64,000 nucleotides of DNA, taken from assembly GCF_001194135.2 (NCBI RefSeq), contig NC_069008.1, positions 1,164,276-1,228,275 on the forward strand, written 5' to 3'. Source of the DNA: Octopus bimaculoides. Taxonomy: Eukaryota. Positions within the stretch are counted from its first letter, which is position 1. Each line of letters opens with the position of its first letter. A program made the position numbers and the translations under genes. The notes under the pieces were generated by a model. The model was given only the letters and a program-made list of their open reading frames with translations. It was not told the DNA's origin and did no database searches. Shown here in pieces: positions 61,187 to 64,000 of the stretch.

Positions 61187-63810
61187 CTAGAAATTAAAGG
61201 AAATGACTATCGTTCCCTTCAAACTTTGCTTTTGTCACTTGGACATCAACGTTCTGAAACTCACCTATTTTCCATTACATTTCAGATAGATTCTGTACTG
61301 AGTTGTCCAAGCAGAAATATCATTAAAACAAATAAACTGCTCAATGACACAGATTTGCTTTTACCTAAAAGTCATTGGAAATAACTATTGTTCCTTTCAA
61401 ACTTTGCTTTTGTGACCTGGACATCAGTATTTTGAAACTGACCTATTTTCCGTTACATTTCAGACAGATTCAACACCGAGTTGCTGAAGCAGAATTTTCT
61501 AGAACGTTTTGACAAATACAGGGATCATAAGCTAAACAGTTCAGTTTACTTCTAGCTGTCCAAGTAGAGATTAGTTTAAGGAATGCAAAGTTTGAAAGAA
61601 ATATGAGCCATTTTTCATACTTTCTAGGGATAAGCAAATAGGAAATAACAGCCNNNNNNNNNNNNNNNNNNNNNNNNNNNNNNNNNNNNNNNNNNNNNNN
61701 NNNNNNNNNNNNNNNNNNNNNNNNNCCCCGGGACAAAAATCGTGTTACAGTGTAATTTTATTTCTACAATTAGGCCCCCTGGTGCTAGCAGGATAGGTCA
61801 TTATTCAATTAAACCCTTCCATCACCAGGTTTGTCATGAAATTCATTGCCTTCGTTAAATAATGAAGAATTTAGTGAAGTAAGTTTGTTGAGCTGATGTT
61901 TCGAACATAAATTAAAATGAAATTTTGATGGAAGAAAGTTTTGATTTTGATTACTTTAAAACATGGAGTCTGTATCATAGAATGAAAGGTAGTTTCAGGT
62001 GGGTGAGTATCAAAGGGGTTAAAAACAGATGGGGAGAAATTTGGCTGTTGCATACATAAAAGTTCCCTCGTTAACTGATGTGGTTCTTAGTTTAGAATTT
62101 TGATGGAAGAAGGTTTTACTTGAAATTACTTTAAAATAGAAAGTTTGTACCATAAAATTTGGGTTAGGGTTAAATGGGTTTCGTATTAAAAAGATTAAGG
62201 TGAGTAAGGGATTTAGTGAGGGGAGAGATTTGGCTGTTGGCTACATAGAATCTCCCTCACTGATTAACAAAGGTCCCTGTTGTAAAATCTCTTTTGTTAA
62301 CATATTTCTGTTGAAAAACGATTTTAATAAAGTAACTTTGTAGTTATTAACGTGGTGGTTGGAACATAGATTAACATGGAAATTTGATGGAAGAAGGTTT
62401 AAATTTAGTTTACTTTACAACAAAAGTTTGTATCATAAAACCAGGGGCAATTTCAGGTGGGTTGATACGAAAAGGATTAAAGACAGGTGTTCTGTAGTGT
62501 GAAGCTAATACGGTTGAATTGAAAGGGACATTTTACTATGTGGTGTATTAAATAAAAGGGCCCATCCTATCCTACTGGTACTAATCCTTTAGCATTCCAA
62601 TTACTGTGAAATGTAATACTTATTTATTCATGTTGTTTTGAGTTAATCATGCATTATCTTGTAGTTCTGAACTTTGAGTGATGCAGTTGTTTATTTTTAG
62701 AATGACATTGCAAGGTAGGTGTGAGAAGTTGGATTTGGCCAGGTTCAACATGAAACAGGAAAGATATCCGAGCTGGATATGGTCGGTTCAAATGTTAATG
62801 GGTTAAGGAACTGATGTCATAAACATCAAACTACAATGGGATACCGTAAATATTCCTTTAGTTGGTAAGTGTCGGCAAATGGAAAGGCATCCAGCCATAA
62901 AACTTCATTTGACTAATGCCTATACATCAATTATTTCATGTTGGCATGAGTCGGAGGCAGTGTATTATGGCTGGATGCCTTTCCAGTTGCCAACACTTAC
63001 CAACTTCTCCCTTCAAGGATATCTTCTATTGTTTTTATGCTCCTGGGCTTCACCTGCAAAAAACTACAGGATATGTTGTTTACAGGGAACATAAAACATA
63101 GCACCACCTATTGCTCAAGCAGTGTCATGTGATAACATGCAGAATCTAAGCTTCCACGTACCTTTACAGGACATACTTCTATATTTCCCTATCAATTTAC
63201 CTCACACGACATTGGTTGAACTAAAGTTGTTGCCCAATGTGCTGCAAAGTAAAAGAGAACCCAAAACTAAAGGATAATGAAGAAAACTGCACGTCCGCAC
63301 ACACGATAGCATGCTAGACATTAAAAAGATTAACCTGCTCAGCTGGCCCTACAGAACTAACATTAAACGTGGCTGGGACACTTCATCATGATGGACAGTA
63401 ACCCTTTAGTGTTCCAACCAGCCATATCCAGCACAAATATTCTACCTGTTTTATATTGTCTTATTCAACAGGCCATATCTGGCCCGAATGTTCTACTTGT
63501 TTTATGTTCAAACTAGCTAGATCCAACCTCTTGCACCTACCCTACCATGTCATAGGTGGACGAAATGCCATTAAGCATTTTGTCCAAAGTGCCAACAATT
63601 CTGCTAGATCACCACCTTACCAATGACCCTTTCTCCTGTAAGCACAGGCGCTCATATTGTTTGTGGGAAGGGGGTCAGGAAGTGAATTACATCAGCCACC
63701 CCGTGTGCAGCTGGTATGTATTTCACCGAACCCGAAAGTATGTGAATGGCCAAGTCAACCTAAGCAGAGCTTGAACTTACGACACATAGATGGACGAAAT
63801 GCCACTAAGC

Positions 63811-64000
63811 CAGGGGTTTTCAAACTGTGGTCCATGGACCCCCTGTGGTCCGTGGATAGCAAATACTTTTTATGGGCAATTTGATTTTATATATGTTTTT
63901 TTAATCGAAATCTTTTAGTTGACAATAAACCTATTTGTGAAATACTGTTAAATAAATAAATGTAAAAATATGTTATTTTAAGCAAATATTTATGTATACC
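63811..64000 (+). mobile_element. hAT/Charlie-like element end, truncated by window
   Basis: Starts CAGGGGTTTTCAAACTGTGGTCC, typical of hAT-Charlie termini. Confidence 0.6.

Noticed and set aside
1-64000. Prokaryotic operons, defence systems, phage or horizontally transferred bacterial DNA
   Set aside because: The window is spliceosomal genes plus animal-type repeats; no intronless gene-dense or GC-shifted block is visible

Overview
Repeat-rich, gappy animal genomic DNA. The repeat families and microsatellite load look like a coleoid cephalopod, probably Octopus (recognised from memory, not searched). I see no prokaryotic system. Genes: (1) the 5' part of AHI1/jouberin on the minus strand, 17 visible coding exons from ATG 20404 to 925, continuing off the left edge; (2) a divergently transcribed HPS6-like (BLOC-2) gene on the plus strand, 19 visible exons from ATG 21484 to stop 40737, with one exon cut by a gap; (3) a candidate unidentified minus-strand gene, 4-5 phase-chained exons at 56257-61186. 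The rest is tRNA-headed SINEs, RTE and Penelope-like remnants, Tc1/mariner, pogo and hAT fragments, MITE-like inverted repeats and simple repeats. The most interesting signal is a tRNA-headed non-autonomous retroelement with a minimal type I hammerhead ribozyme fold, found as head-to-head inverted dimers at three loci. A second, unrelated repeat carries the same hammerhead core, and a Penelope GIY-YIG remnant that could be a partner lies nearby. All protein and repeat assignments were made by eye.
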